A DNA stretch of 64,000 nucleotides, from NCBI GenBank assembly GCA_002104945.1, contig MCFH01000074.1, positions 160,177-224,176 of the forward strand, written 5' to 3'. The stretch comes from Piromyces finnis finn. Lineage: Eukaryota; Fungi; Neocallimastigomycota. A program made the translations under genes and the position numbers. Under the pieces are notes generated by a model that was not told the origin of the DNA, did no database searches, and saw nothing but the letters and a program-made list of their open reading frames with translations. This document shows positions 61,599-64,000 of this stretch, one piece after another (position 1 is the first letter of the stretch; the number at the start of each line of letters is the position of its first letter).

Positions 61599-64000
61599 TG
61601 TAAGGAACTAGTGTTCAATAAATAAAAACACAAATATATAAAAAGGAAAAAAATAAAAGCAAATAAAATTTTTATTATTGAACACTTAACAAAATTATAA
61701 CAGGTTAGTGTTTAATAATTTTATTTTATTATAAAAATTTTTGTTAATAAAAACTCTAATTAAAAAATATTTTTTTAAAGAAATTTCACTCGTATTTATA
61801 TAAAAATTTTAAAATTAAATTTATAAAAATTTTACAACTTAATTTTTAAGACCAATCAGAAATTATTTTTTTTGGTAAAACTTTGTTATAAAAATATTTT
61901 AATAATTAATAAAAGAGATTAATGAGGTTTCGAACTCGAGTAGTCCAAACCAAGGTCTTAGCTACTAACCACTAAGACAGGTTACTAATTTCTATGATTC
62001 GTTACATGGTCCTCCTCTAGGATTCGGATACCAGACGAATCAACTAAATTTAGTTGTTATTTTATTATAAAAAGAAATAATTAAAACAAGTGAATACATT
62101 TTGATAAAATTTTTTTTTTAATTACATGAATATTAAATTATAAATATATTTTTTCATTTTCGATTTTCTATTCTTTTTTTCTCTTGTCAATTACTAGATT
62201 TTTTTTAAATAATAACTATTACTAATGTGAATTATTAAAATTTTTAATTAGTTCATCACAGTTTAAATTGCTTTCAGGTTCCCAAGATGCTTCTGAAAGC
62301 GGATAACCTTTCCATTTTATAAGATATTGAATCTTCCCATAATGCTTTCTTTTATCAAGTATTTCTTCTACTTCGTATTCTTCTTCCTCATTTATTATAA
62401 TAGGTGGAGGTGGATCTTTGATATTTCCAAAACTATCTTCATAGTATGGTTCTAGGTTCGAAACATGAACAATTGGGTAAATCTTCAGTGATTTTGGTAA
62501 TTCTAATTTATAAGTGAGATTAGAGATTTTACTGATTATCCTGAACGGGCCAAGTTTCCTAGGATTAAATTTTTTATTTCCTTTATGAATTATCAAGGAG
62601 CTATCCAACCATACTTTGTCACCTGTCTTGAATGCCGGAGGTTCTTGTCTATACTTGTCGGCATATTTCTTTTGAACTTGGATGGCCTTCTTTAGGTTTT
62701 CTTTAAGTTTCTCCATTTGGTCTTCAAAGTCTCTTGTAAATTCTTCAGCTCTTGGAACATTCGTTTGGTCAGGAATTATCGGAGAGTATTTTGGGTGATA
62801 ACCATAATTTAGGAAGAATGGTGAGAATTTTGTTGAATCTTGAACAGCATTATTGTAGCTGAATTCTACCAATGGAAGGAGATTGATCCAGTTTGTTCCT
62901 TTATAATTAGAAAAGCATCTTAAATATTGTTCAACAACGGGGTTTACCCTCTCCGTTTGGCCATTGGATTGATGATGATATGGTGAAGAATATTTAACAT
63001 TGACGTCCAAAGCTCGGCAAATAGATTTCCAAAATCTCGAAGTGAATTGCGCGCCTCTATCGGAAATAATTTCAGAGGGGAAACCGTGAATTCTGAAAAT
63101 ATAATTCAAAAAAGCAAAAGCAGTATCAGAAGCAGATAGAATACCTTTAAAGGGAATGAGGTATCACATTTTTGTAAGGCGGTCAACTACAACAAGAATA
63201 GTATTAAATCCATCAGAAGGAGGCAGTAATGAAATCCATGGAAATAGAAGCTCAAGGATGGTCACTAATCTCAAGGGCTTGAAGTAAGCCATATGGTTTG
63301 TGACGAGAAGGCTTTGAGCGGCAACAAATCTCGCAAGATCGGATATAATTCTTAACATCAATAGAAATGGATGACTACCAAAAGTCACGAGAGATCAAAG
63401 AAATAGTTTTGCGGATACCAAAATGACCGGCAGAAGGGGAATCATGACAGAGCTTCAAAACGGAGGGAAGGCATTTTAAAGGAACATAGATTCTATTATC
63501 AAAAAGAAGAAAACTATTACTAAGAGAGAATTTGTTACTTTGTGGATGTGGAGCTGGGAGATTCTTATTTTCAAGAAAATTGCAAATGTCAATGTAAAAA
63601 GAGTCGTTCACATATTCAGATAATATTTCATCATTAAGAGAAGAAATGGGACAAATCAAAGCGAAGAAATTCTCAGGTCGTAAAACCGAAAATGGAGCAT
63701 CAGAAGGAAGAGAGGAATCCATATAATCAGGTCTTCTTGAAAGCGCATCAGGTTTACCATTAGATGAACCAGAGCGGTAGAGAATTTTAAAGTTAAAAGA
63801 GCCAAACGAAAAAGACGTTGTGACATTTTTCCGGTTTCTTTTGATATAATAAGTTTTGATGATCTGAATAAATAGTAAACGAAGATAAAGCACCTTTGAG
63901 AAAATGTCGCCAAGTTTCAAGAGCATTAGCAATAGCTAAAAGTTCTTTATCGTATATAGGATAGTTTCTTTCAGCGGAAGTAAGAGATCTTGAATAGAAA
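61599..64000 (-). mobile_element. 3' part of chromovirus element E (D-related), frameshifted, runs off the window
   Basis: 3' LTR 61599-62006, PPT AGAGGAGGA at about 62010-62018, RNase H/integrase fragments (63164-64000, several frameshifts), integrase C-terminus and canonical chromodomain in 62222-63109. Confidence 0.9.
61927..61979 (-). promoter_or_regulatory. Putative Pol III A/B-box cassette in LTR E
   Basis: TGTCTTAGTGG (61979-61969) and GTTCGAAAC (61935-61927), spacing 44 nt, homologous position to the cassette in LTR D. Confidence 0.6.

Noticed and set aside
61599-62006. Element E as tRNA-targeted (downstream side)
   Set aside because: It is 385 bp from the tRNA, has a canonical chromodomain, and its other end and TSD are outside the window.
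898-63932. Numerous short ORF-track entries antisense to or overlapping pol/gag genes (e.g. 898-1185, 15768-16073, 25506-27655, 43857-48629, 52694-55350)
   Set aside because: These are shadow frames of real coding strands or low-complexity AT-rich read-through, with no recognisable domains.

Overview
Extremely AT-rich, intron-containing eukaryotic DNA. Base composition and homopolymer runs suggest an anaerobic gut fungus (Neocallimastigomycota), but this is inference and was not verified. Only about 2 kb is ordinary host sequence: a 3-exon C1D/Rrp47 gene at 882-1737 (-), a probable last exon at 23-97, and one intron-containing tRNA-Ile(TAT) gene at 61121-61213. The rest is LTR retrotransposon. 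Element letters are my own labels. 2.7-12.9 kb is a decayed layer (copia relic, gypsy relic, solo LTRs). From about 13.0 kb to 61.1 kb there is a tandem stack L-K-H1-I-G-H2-F. Its members are separated only by 3-5 bp TSD-like spacers (mostly AATA/AATAT/ATAT), and the stack ends 14 bp upstream of the tRNA gene, which points to repeated insertion at one Pol III start site. Self-priming (Tf1-type) chromoviruses are nested inside the stack: J in H1, A in J, B in A, D in G, C in D. The most unusual signal is that the LTRs of D and its relative E carry a tRNA-spaced A-box/B-box cassette, and element C inserted 20 nt upstream of that A-box, the same offset (20-21 nt) inferred for insertions at the real tRNA gene. 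All alignments were done by eye; no searches were run.
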